Origin: Candidatus Heimdallarchaeota archaeon
Lineage (GTDB): Archaea; Asgardarchaeota; Heimdallarchaeia; JABLTI01
Reading direction: 5' to 3'
NCBI GenBank assembly: GCA_018238155.1
Contig: JABCTZ010000011.1
Location: 1-64,000, forward strand
DNA: 64,000 nt
Part shown: one piece after another, positions 18,259-27,711 of the stretch
Layout of the letters: every line of letters starts with the position of its first letter
Position numbering within the stretch: the first letter of the stretch is position 1
The notes under the pieces: model-generated
Databases searched by the model: none
Told to the model about the DNA's origin: nothing
The model's input: only the letters and a program-made list of their open reading frames with translations
Translations under genes and position numbers: made by a program

Positions 18259-19020
18259 GTGTGGAGAAAGAAAATGGAATTATTAGATTTTTATTATATG
18301 GGTATTAATTTTGCGTATTGTTTACAGATATTATTTTTTACTCGAAAAGGTGTAACAGTTCCAATTTATGGCAAAGGTGGACTTTTATCAGCTTTTGTGG
18401 TTATTCGTTCTTTATTAGAAAAAAATAGAATTTCAAATAGAGCTCAAAGAGGAATAAAAAAAGAAATCGAATATCTAAAAGACAATTATACTGAAGAAAA
18501 ATCATTTTTAACCTTAATTGATGCAGAAAAGATAGATGGAAAAGTTATCTCTTGGAAAGAATTAGTAATGGATGAGTTGGAAAAGATAGTAGTTTTTAGA
18601 GCAGTTGCTGATGGAATATTAAATTCTAACAGATTATGTGAAGGAGCTAAAATTTTTTTCCAAAATAAAATTTGGAGAAAACTACCAAAGATAATTAAGG
18701 ATGACTTAGAAGAATCAACTAAGTGCCTTATAACAGAATCTTGGACCGCTTCTGGTTTAATGTCCATGAGAGCTCTTGAATCTGGAGTAAAAAAATATTA
18801 CACAAAAATTACTGGCATTTCTGCTGATGGAAAAACTTTTGGTGCAATGTTGGGAGAATTAAGAAATAATTCTAACGCAGATTCAAAATTGATTGGTTAT
18901 CTTGACTTCCTGAAAGATATTCGAAATGATTTAGCACATCCAAATAATCGAATAAAACAATCAGATGCAGAACAGGTATTCCAACATACCATACAAGTTT
19001 TGAGTATTTTCTTTGTTTAA
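18259..19020 (+). CDS. HEPN (DUF4145-like) domain protein
   Basis: MRALE...IRNDLAHP (RxxxxH) in C-terminal half. Confidence 0.7.
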   Translation: MWRKKMELLDFYYMGINFAYCLQILFFTRKGVTVPIYGKGGLLSAFVVIRSLLEKNRISNRAQRGIKKEIEYLKDNYTEEKSFLTLIDAEKIDGKVISWKELVMDELEKIVVFRAVADGILNSNRLCEGAKIFFQNKIWRKLPKIIKDDLEESTKCLITESWTASGLMSMRALESGVKKYYTKITGISADGKTFGAMLGELRNNSNADSKLIGYLDFLKDIRNDLAHPNNRIKQSDAEQVFQHTIQVLSIFFV

Positions 19021-19159
19021 GAAGAAATATAAAAGAACAAATTTTGATTAGAGAACACTTAGAATTAAAAATTGGGAGTATGAAAGCATTTTCTGTTATT
19101 GAAATTTCTTGGTTTTAACATGATTTTTGTTACTATAAAAAAGAAAGGAAAGAATGGAC

Positions 19160-19516
19160 TCAATCAAGGCCAATATGGCCTATGAGTTCACTCATACATA
19201 GGAAACTAAATAGTTCCTCAAGTTCCCAGCCGGTAAGTGTTCTGTTTATGGCGGATTTTTTTTGAACTGAGCGGAAATTATATCGTAAGATGTAGTCGAC
19301 TTTTATCCACGCATGTGTTGAAAAATAGAAACCGATTTTCTGTTTTGCAACATTGATTAGACATTTTTCTTGCCGGAAATAGACTCTAAAGCTTGTTACA
19401 GCTTGTCTATAGGAGAGAACCAAGGACTTACATAGATCCTTTTCTCTTTCGCGAAGATATTCCTGTAAGAATGCTTCTTCTTCAGGATTCTTACTTATTT
19501 CTATAGCTTGTGTCAT
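19160..19516 (-). pseudogene. Tyrosine recombinase/integrase remnant (N-terminal SAM-like part, catalytic domain lost)
   Basis: FLQEYL...SYRQAVTSF..YF core-binding pattern, RTLTGWELEELF linker, MSELI vestige of RxSEL; GAGGT RBS. Confidence 0.6.
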
Positions 19517-19643
19517 GTTAATGTACCTCATATTTCAATGTATAATGCTTTCAAACTTACAAAGAAGTAAGATTTAAACTATAAAAAGATAGAAAAATAG
19601 ACGACGAACCGATGCTCAAGTTAATTTTTTGAGGTACATTAAC
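19517..19643. repeat. Perfect 14-bp inverted repeat flanking a 99-bp TATA-containing segment
   Basis: GTTAATGTACCTCA (19517-19530) / TGAGGTACATTAAC (19630-19643). Confidence 0.9.
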
Positions 19644-19690
19644 TTCTTTGGTACATCGGTGTCGCTGTTAGCAAGTACTAACCGTTACTA

Positions 19691-20625
19691 TTAAACGAAG
19701 CGTTTTCTTTTTTTCTTGGTTCGCAGAACAGAAATTAGTATTATGGATGCCAGAGTTACAATTATCATTGAATTCTTATTTGATAAATCAAAGGAGGGAA
19801 AGAGGTTGTTGGTTAAAGGATAATCGGGATCATTAAGATAGCTCTCAGTCAAGTCATCTATGAAATCATTATCAGAATCCATCCACCCAGTGTGTAAAAC
19901 CGAACCTCTGAATGAATACCAAGGATTATCACCTGATTGAGAAACACCTGTTAGAGATAAGGAATAAACGAAATGGTCTGTAGAACAGATGAAAATTTCA
20001 GACAGATTATCATTATTAATATCAGCAATTAAAGGACTGGAAAAAATCATATTATCTGTTTTATACGACCAAATTTCTTTACCCATATAATCCAAACAAT
20101 AAAGATAATTATCATCGGAACCGCAAAGAACTTCCATAAATCCATCATTATTTAAATCAGCAATAGCTGGTGAAGAACGAATATTTCTCCAAGTATCATA
20201 AGACCATAATTCTCTACCAAGGTAATTAAGACAATAGATTTTATTATCTTCTGAACCAAAAATGATCTCTAACTTTTTATCCTGGTTGAGATTTGCTATT
20301 GCTGGAGAGGAATAAATATCACTACCTGTAAGAAATGACCATTCAATTTGACCATCAGAAGATAAACAATAAAACTTATTATCTGTAGAACCAAACAAGA
20401 TTTCAAAATCGCCATCTAAATCTATATCAGCGATTGTTGGTGATACAAACACAGAACCTGATGTTTTAAAAGACCAAATTTCATTCCCTTTTAAGTCAAT
20501 ACAATAGAGATAGTTATCGTCTGATCCGAACACTATCTCAAGTTCATTATCATTATTAATGTCCCAGACAGCAGGTGTAGATCGAATATCATCATTGGCT
20601 TGAAATGTCCAAATGGTTTCTCCCA
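19691..20625 (-). pseudogene. 5'-truncated FG-GAP/PQQ-like beta-propeller surface protein with C-terminal TM + basic tail
   Basis: Five repeats of SSPAIAD.N.D...EI.FGS.DN..YCL...G.E.WS; no signal peptide. Confidence 0.7.
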
Positions 20626-21197
20626 ATCGGTAACAACAATGATTCAATCATATCTTTTCTCTTTAAAAATTCATAACACAGTACTTCTAATTGTTCTGGT
20701 GCTAATGAATACACTGTATCTGGTAGTTCCTTTTCGTTGAATAGCTGTCTGATTACCTTTCCATATTTTCTTAGATTTACTATTGTTGATCCTCTTGGTT
20801 GTATCGCTCCCAATATTGGATACTTAATATAATGAAGTTCTTCTACATTTTTTAGCTGCATTGTTTTGAAAATTAGTTTCTCGTTTTTATACTCTAATTC
20901 CTCGTACTCTATTTTCGTTCCTTCTTCTATTTCCCCCAGCAATAATTTATTTCTATGTAATTGTCGGTAAACTGCTACGATTATTGCTCCTTTTTCCCTA
21001 CATTCTTTAAACCTATTCAATGCTGGCTTTACTCCTCTTTGAATGCTCTCTGAGTAATCTTTTGGATCAATACTTTTTACATTCTCATAATGAATGCCTA
21101 TCTTTCGATTATCCCATAGATATGTTAAGATATCATATCTATTGCTCAATTTGTGTCTAATAAAAATAACAGGTTTCGTTTCAGTCATAATTCTCAA
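20592..21197 (-). pseudogene. 3'-truncated restriction-endonuclease-like (Mrr-type) gene
   Basis: Ends LAPEQLEVLCYEFL...PIGR just where the catalytic D motif would follow, then runs into the propeller repeat. Confidence 0.5.
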
Positions 21198-21349
21198 CCT
21201 TTCCTATTTTGAAAGAAACTCTTCTCCTTTTCCAATTTAATTATTCTTAATTCGTACATATTCATTCTTATCTTCTTTCTTACTCGCTTTTTCTCATTAG
21301 CAATTCTTTTAATATCCCAATTCCCGTTCTCATTACGGGGATAGTAGTA

Positions 21350-21892
21350 TTGAATACCGATAAAAAATGGTTAATTATTTCGCTATTAGGTTTAAGTTTG
21401 CTTTTTGTAACTATTTTTGCACCATTTATTAGTTATAAATGGGATGATGGAATAAACATTCATGAAGAGTATGTTTATTTTGATGGTGATTGGAAAATTA
21501 TCGATATTGATTCATCTGGTGAAACTGTGGTTGTTGGTGATTTTCAAGATTGGGAAGGGCATTTTCTTCTTAGCAGTCCCATACTTCTTTTAATTGGAAT
21601 TGGTATCACTATAATAGCAAGTTTTGCATTAATTTTTGAAATAAACAATCTTTGGAAAACATCTTTTCGAGTTATTAATTTATTAGGTTCATCCCTCGGT
21701 TTTATAGGAGCTATGCTTTATGTGCCATTTGCCATTTATGTTGTTCAAATAAATTATATTACTTTCTCAGTCACTGCAGGTTTTGTTATTGAAACACTGG
21801 CACTTCTTTTCATTGCACTCTTTAATGGTTATTGTCTATTTGGCACTATTGTAAAAAATCACGAAAAAAGATTAGAGAGAAAAAGTATGTAA
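21350..21892 (+). CDS. Hypothetical 4-TM membrane protein
   Basis: Four hydrophobic segments. Confidence 0.7.
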   Translation: MNTDKKWLIISLLGLSLLFVTIFAPFISYKWDDGINIHEEYVYFDGDWKIIDIDSSGETVVVGDFQDWEGHFLLSSPILLLIGIGITIIASFALIFEINNLWKTSFRVINLLGSSLGFIGAMLYVPFAIYVVQINYITFSVTAGFVIETLALLFIALFNGYCLFGTIVKNHEKRLERKSM

Positions 21893-21920
21893 AGTAGTTT
21901 TTTCTTCATTTATTACACTT

Positions 21921-21941
21921 GTAAGTCGCTACATTTTTATC
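21921..21941 (+). repeat. 21-bp direct repeat, copy 1
   Basis: GTAAGTCGCTACATTTTTATC, identical to 24047-24067. Confidence 0.9.
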
Positions 21942-21981
21942 AAAATAAAAATAAAAAAGTGAAGCAGTTATTATCTGCAGA

Positions 21982-23871
21982 TTATCCTCTCTTTACTCGT
22001 TTTTCAAGTGTTCGCCAAATAATGACCGTTGCAATACCAAATAAAGTCACTATTGAAATTGAGTCTATTCCTATAATATAGGAGCCGTTATTTGTAGTTA
22101 CTGAGTTTAAGATTATTGTTGATATCCTAACGTTTCCTACTTTATCATAAGCATATAGTACAAAAACTTTAGTTACTAGTATTTTTGAATATTGATGTAG
22201 ATAATAAAAAATACTCTGATCAATATTTCTCTTAACAATACTAGTTACAGTGTGATTTGTATACTGAAAGGGTATGAGGGTATTGATACTATTATTACAA
22301 GGCGAGAAAATTGATGAATTATTAATTACGAATTTTGAATCCACAAATCCAGAAAGCTCATCTTTTATGATAATTTGTAATAGAAAATATTTCTCAGTTT
22401 TATGACTAGCAGTGAATGTAAAATTGTTATCTATTGCTTTGAACTGATTATTAACAAAAACACTATTATCAGCAAATACTGTTTCATTTCCAGTAGCATA
22501 GAATGTTTCAAGCATAGGCGTTTCAGTATCATCAATGGTACCAAATTCAGAACAGTATTGCCCAAGGAGTTTTGTCAAGTAAAATAAATAACCTTTAATT
22601 GAACAATATTGACTAGAATAAAGTCTATCTAGAAGTAGATATGTTTGTGTTGAATAGTCCATGGTATATCTATCTAATTCAGATGAATAGTAACATATTG
22701 AGAAGTAGTAATTCATTATTTTCCTTTGAATTGTCGGATAGTTTTCTTCAGGGTAATATTCATCTAAAACTTCCATTAATCCAAACAAGTCAAAGATATT
22801 GTAATAAATATAGACGCTTCCATAAATATCATTTTTGAGATAATCATAGAGTTCTTGTGAAGCAATTATAGGTTGTAGTAAATCAACTCCCATATTTGAG
22901 AATAATAAACTAATACCGAAATCTGTTATTTCCTTTGCATAGCTATTATTATAATCAACTAAATCTAGTGCTATTGCAAACTTATAACCTTCCCAATCAT
23001 CATCATTAGTGAACTCCTTATTGTTCCAAAGATTATCTATAACTGATTCACCAAAAGTAACAAGAGAACTATTAGAAAATTCTTCACCAGCTTCAATACA
23101 TAATAATCCATAAGCTGCTGATGAATACCAATTAGAGAAGGTTACTGTTGAAAGACTATCGATTTGTTTTTGGATTGTTGTTATTAGTAATGAAGTATTA
23201 AATGAATAATCTAGCCATTTCAATGCAGATCTTAGGTTGCTGATACTAGAGTAGTTTTTACCGTAATCAAAAGATCTACCAACTATTTTACCACTAATTT
23301 CTCGTAAGAGTAATGTATTAAGTGAAGCATTAATGAACTTCTCAATTGTTCCTACTTTTGTTATTTCTATTGAAAAATCTCATGAATAGTATTTAGTAGA
23401 TGCATTTAATGAATCAACTAGACTAAACAGTAAAAATTCTGTGAGATATGGAGTATAATAATTTAGATAGTTTGGATCAAAAATTAGAAGAGAACCATTA
23501 AATTCAGTTGGAGTTGAAACAGCTATCTCTCTAACTGAGGGACTCAAGTATTCCTCTTTATTTATCGCTAGTTCTTCTGACCAATACTTTGCGTTAGTTA
23601 CTACATCAATAAATGCTGAATGAAATTTGGTTTCATTATAATCATCGGTCAATAAATCCTGCGTATATAGCTGATCAACAAACATAGCAAACCAATCACT
23701 ATACGAGGAACTGTTTATTATAGATTGATTTTTAATTGAAACAGTTAATTGAACATTACTCTCACCATTCAATTCAATTTTCACTAAACCAAAATTCAAA
23801 ATTATTAATATTAATAAGAAAAATATTTTTCGTCTGAAATAACTTCTCCGAAATAAAACTTTAATCATCAA
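21982..23871 (-). pseudogene. Secreted, C-terminally anchored protein split by one in-frame TGA (23380-23382)
   Basis: ORFs 23380..23871 and 21982..23223 are in one frame with 52 open codons between; N-terminal signal peptide and C-terminal TM + basic tail. Confidence 0.8.
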
Positions 23872-24046
23872 AGATTAATTGAATTGATTGCATAAATAAA
23901 GGTTATGTTTCCCACACAAGTACCTTGAGTTAACTCGTGGAACTTTTTCTATTGAGCGCAAACTTAGTATTATAGACAGATTGTTGAACAAAAGTAAGAG
24001 CATAAAATGTGAACTTTAGATTATCTTTTTCCTCTTTTTTACCTTA

Positions 24047-24067
24047 GTAAGTCGCTACATTTTTATC
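24047..24067 (+). repeat. 21-bp direct repeat, copy 2, overlapping probable enolase BRE/TATA
   Basis: GTAAGTCGCTACATTTTTATC about 45 nt before eno start. Confidence 0.9.
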
Positions 24068-24111
24068 TAAAATTAATTAATTTTGATTAGAATAGAATTG
24101 GTGTTGGTAAT

Positions 24112-25437
24112 TTGACAGATGAAGTAAAATTCAAGATTAAGAAAATTCATGCTCGGGAAATTCTGGATTCTAGAGGTAATCCAACCGTTGAAGTTGAAAT
24201 GATTTCTGAGAGAGGAACAACTGTTATCGCTGCTGTTCCATCAGGTGCAAGCACAGGTAGTAACGAAGCCCTTGAAATGCGTGATAAAGATTCTAAGAGG
24301 TTTCATGGAAAAGGTGTGTTACAAGCAATTAGTAATGTCAATGAGAAAATCTTTCCTGCTGTGAAAGGATTTGACTCGAGAGATGTTAGATTATTAGATA
24401 CGACCATGTTAGAATTAGATGGTACTCCAAATAAATCTAATTTGGGGGCAAATGCTATGTTGGGTGTTTCACTTGCAGCATGTAAAATGAGTGCTAAAGA
24501 GAATGGAATTCCTCTTTACAAACAAATATATAATTTAGCATATGAAAAAACCTCTGAGAAGTTTTTACTTCCAGTTCCAATGGCTAACGTGATTAATGGC
24601 GGAAAACATGCCGGAGGGAAACTTGCTCCTCAAGAATTTATGTTAATGCCAATAGATTTTAGTAATTTCCGTGATGGATTAAGAGCTGTAGCAGAGATTT
24701 ATCAAAGCTTGAAAAAAATATTGACGAAAAAATATGGTCCTTTGTCTACAAATATTGGTGATGAAGGTGGTTTTGGTTCTCCTGTAGATACCAGTGATGA
24801 AGCACTTGCTTTATTAGAGGAAGCAACAGAGGCAGCTGGTTATATAGCTGGCAAAGAAATTAGTTTTGCTTTAGATCCTGCTGCAACAGAATTCTTCATT
24901 GATTCTAAATATACTATTGATGGTAAAACAATCTCCGAAGGAGAACTTGTTGATTATTGGATGAATCTGATAAGATCTTATCCAATTGTTAGTCTTGAAG
25001 ATCCATTTGATGAGGAATCCTTTGCAGGCTTCGCTGAATTAACAAAGAAAGCAGGAAATAAAGTTCAGATAGTTGGAGATGATCTTACTGTAACCAGTAT
25101 TAAACGTCTCGAGATAGCTATCAAGAATAAATCCATTAATTCACTCCTTTTGAAAATCAATCAAATTGGAACGATCACCGAATCTATTGATGCAGCTAAA
25201 TTTTGCTGGAAAAATAATTTCTCTGTTGTGGTATCTCATAGAAGTGGAGAAACCGAAGATACAAGTATTGCAGATTTAGTTGTTGGTTTATGTGCAGGTC
25301 AAATTAAAACCGGCTCTGTTGCTCGAGGTGAAAGAACAGCAAAATACAATCGGCTCTTACGTATCTATGATGAATTAGAATCCAATGCTGTTTATCCTGG
25401 TGGAAAGTTCAGAACTGCTTTCAATGATTTCATTTAA
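24112..25437 (+). CDS. eno: Enolase
   Basis: DSRGNPTVE, PSGASTG, GDEGGF, SHRSGETED, QIKTG. Confidence 0.99.
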   Translation: MTDEVKFKIKKIHAREILDSRGNPTVEVEMISERGTTVIAAVPSGASTGSNEALEMRDKDSKRFHGKGVLQAISNVNEKIFPAVKGFDSRDVRLLDTTMLELDGTPNKSNLGANAMLGVSLAACKMSAKENGIPLYKQIYNLAYEKTSEKFLLPVPMANVINGGKHAGGKLAPQEFMLMPIDFSNFRDGLRAVAEIYQSLKKILTKKYGPLSTNIGDEGGFGSPVDTSDEALALLEEATEAAGYIAGKEISFALDPAATEFFIDSKYTIDGKTISEGELVDYWMNLIRSYPIVSLEDPFDEESFAGFAELTKKAGNKVQIVGDDLTVTSIKRLEIAIKNKSINSLLLKINQIGTITESIDAAKFCWKNNFSVVVSHRSGETEDTSIADLVVGLCAGQIKTGSVARGERTAKYNRLLRIYDELESNAVYPGGKFRTAFNDFI

Positions 25438-25537
25438 TTGTAAAATAATTAGTAGTTTGAAAGGGTTTATTTCCTTTCAGGATATTTCTTTTTAATATAT
25501 AGACACTAAATAATATATGGACTTTGGAGATTCATAA

Positions 25538-26164
25538 TTGCGAGTAAAACGTAAAGACCTTGAAATATTCTTACAATACCTAAAGACAATTCCTAACCTA
25601 CAAATCAAATATGAACAATATCCTACTTCATCTCGAGTAGCAGCAAATTTACTCTGGAATGCTGGAATTGAAAATGATGATATCTATGAGAAGAACATAT
25701 TAGATCTTGGTTGTGGTTCAGGAATACTCGCTCTTGGAGCAGCATATCTAGGAGCAAAAAATATTTTCGGAATAGATATTGATCCGAATTCGATTACAGT
25801 AGCAAAGAATAATTGCAAGGAAAGAGATTTTGAAGAAATTTGTAATTGGATATGTGGTGATGTTAGAGAGTTAAAAATCAAGAAAATTGATACAACAATT
25901 ATGAATCCTCCATTTGGAATGAGAAAAGAGAGTATAACTCGAGATAGGGATTTTCTAATTACTGCTCTACAATATTCAAAAGTAATCTACTCGATCAACC
26001 CTCATTCGGAAAAAACAAGACAATTTTTTAGAAAATTCTGTAAAGAACATAGTGCAGAAGTAGTAGATATCTTAACAATGGATTTTGAAATACTAAAGCA
26101 ATATGATTTTCATAAGAAAAGCCAACATATAATTAAGATAGATTTGTATCACATCAGAAATTAA
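25538..26164 (+). CDS. METTL5-family N6-adenine RNA methyltransferase
   Basis: EQYPT, DLGCGSG, NPPFG. Confidence 0.9.
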   Translation: MRVKRKDLEIFLQYLKTIPNLQIKYEQYPTSSRVAANLLWNAGIENDDIYEKNILDLGCGSGILALGAAYLGAKNIFGIDIDPNSITVAKNNCKERDFEEICNWICGDVRELKIKKIDTTIMNPPFGMRKESITRDRDFLITALQYSKVIYSINPHSEKTRQFFRKFCKEHSAEVVDILTMDFEILKQYDFHKKSQHIIKIDLYHIRN

Positions 26165-26191
26165 ATACTAAATATTTTTAGTACTTAGTTC

Positions 26192-26530
26192 TTACTTAGA
26201 ATGGTTTTTTTCAGTGTCATAGAATATTGGTGGTTTAATGGGTGATAATTTGATTAAATTTAGCTTTTCTTCTCGAGAGCGCTTCTTAATGGCAATCTCT
26301 CGCCTTATTGCTTCTCTTTGTGATTGGTAAATTTCAACAAATACTAATTTGACTGGTCTACGGGTTTTTGTATATTTGGCTCCTTGTGATCCTGAATTGT
26401 GTTGCTTTATACGTTGTTCTAAATTGCTTGTATATCCTGTGTAAAGGGTGCTATCAGAGCATTTAACGATATAGACAAAATAATTCAATGTTTCTCCAAC
26501 CAAAGACTTAGTATATTCAATTACATTCAA
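26192..26530 (-). CDS. GIY-YIG nuclease family protein (UPF0213)
   Basis: VYIVKC.D.TLYTGYT...R...HN...GAKYT..RRPV. Confidence 0.9.
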   Translation of the reverse strand: MNVIEYTKSLVGETLNYFVYIVKCSDSTLYTGYTSNLEQRIKQHNSGSQGAKYTKTRRPVKLVFVEIYQSQREAIRREIAIKKRSREEKLNLIKLSPIKPPIFYDTEKNHSK

Positions 26531-26643
26531 TTTGTTAAAATGCTTTTAGTCTTTTGTACATTAAATATTTTTTTTGAATTCCAAAACATTATTATCTTTA
26601 ATAAAGAAATGAACAGTAAGATAAAAACAAGAAGTGTTTCTAA

Positions 26644-26946
26644 ATGTCTAGGCGAAGATCAAGTCTGAGAAGGTCAAAATATGAAATCTATAATGAGATT
26701 TTGAAAATTATTTACTTTCAAGCAGATCTTCCTTTAACAAGAATATCTCGAGCAGCCAATCTCCCTGTAGATAGAGCAAAACCAATACTTTTATTTCTCC
26801 TAGCAAGAAATTTGATTTTTGATGATGAAGATGATAACTTAACAGTGTATAGAATAACTCCCACAGGAGTAGAATTTTTGGAACTCTTTAAACGATTGGA
26901 AAAATTGATTCCTTCTAAAGAAGATTTTGAAGGAACAACAATATAA
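26644..26946 (+). CDS. Winged-helix transcriptional regulator
   Basis: RRSKYEIYNEIL...TRISRAANL...YRITPTG.EFL. Confidence 0.85.
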   Translation: MSRRRSSLRRSKYEIYNEILKIIYFQADLPLTRISRAANLPVDRAKPILLFLLARNLIFDDEDDNLTVYRITPTGVEFLELFKRLEKLIPSKEDFEGTTI

Positions 26947-26949
26947 ACT

Positions 26950-27327
26950 TCAAATTAGCTCAGCAAGTTGGGTACAAGATCTTCTAGCAAGAAGTAAAAT
27001 TAAACCTAAATTAGCATTAGTTTTTGCGAGAACAGTTAGAACAGCACGTGATGCTATATCTAGTAAGATAATATATCCATTATCACCAAGAATTGAAATA
27101 TTGTTAATTTTACCCTTTCCTAGCTCTTTAGTAACTCTTTCTGATACAGAAGAAATGGCTGCAGTCATAGCTGAAATTAAGTCTTCATCTGTGGATACTT
27201 CAAAAACAGAATCAATAGGTAATCCTTGAGCTGTAACAAGAAGACATCCTTCTACGCCATCATGACCTGCTTTTAATTTTGTAAGAATATTATGAATTTG
27301 TTCTACTCGAGATGACATGGCTAACAC
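26950..27327 (-). CDS. Roadblock/LC7 domain protein
   Basis: LVTAQGLPI.S...ISAMTAAISSVSERV..ELGKG...NLGLI. Confidence 0.92.
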   Translation of the reverse strand: MLAMSSRVEQIHNILTKLKAGHDGVEGCLLVTAQGLPIDSVFEVSTDEDLISAMTAAISSVSERVTKELGKGKINNISILGDNGYIILLDIASRAVLTVLAKTNANLGLILLLARRSCTQLAELI

Positions 27328-27711
27328 TCACTTATACAATGGTTGAACACTTAATTAATTATCCTTGTGCTTATTTTGATTTATTAAATCATCTAAACTT
27401 ATTAACTAAAGAATAATTCGTGATTAAAATATATCGTTTGCGTCATCTTCTAATGATTTTTCATTGAAATGATATTTAAGAATATAATTTGGTAGAAAAG
27501 ACATTGCTCAATGTATGAAAAACCTAGAAAACGGTCTCTTTTAGTTTATCAAGAATATTTTTCTACTACATAAAAGAAAATAAGCTATTTAGTAAAAAAA
27601 GCGAAAGAAAAGATTTTAAACTATAAAAAAAGCAGAAAATATAGCACTGAAGTTTTATTCGAATGAAAAAAGCTAAATGTACGTACTCTTACATCTAGAG
27701 GTGTTTAAGAC

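Larger units (their letters stand above)
15388..24067. mobile_element. Decayed integrative element / genomic island at tRNA-Leu(UAA); right boundary uncertain
   Basis: Abrupt composition change at tRNA 3' end; relaxase-like, ArdC, HEPN, integrase-remnant and pseudogene cargo; core synteny resumes at eno; no attR copy found by eye. Confidence 0.7.

Noticed and set aside
23380-23382. Genome-wide TGA recoding
   Set aside because: TGA ends other genes normally (oapA 5084, DUF2067-like 46589) and Trp is TGG throughout
15388-24100. attR duplicate of the tRNA-Leu 3' end
   Set aside because: No copy of TTCGAATCGCACTCTCCGCA found by eye, so the right boundary is left uncertain
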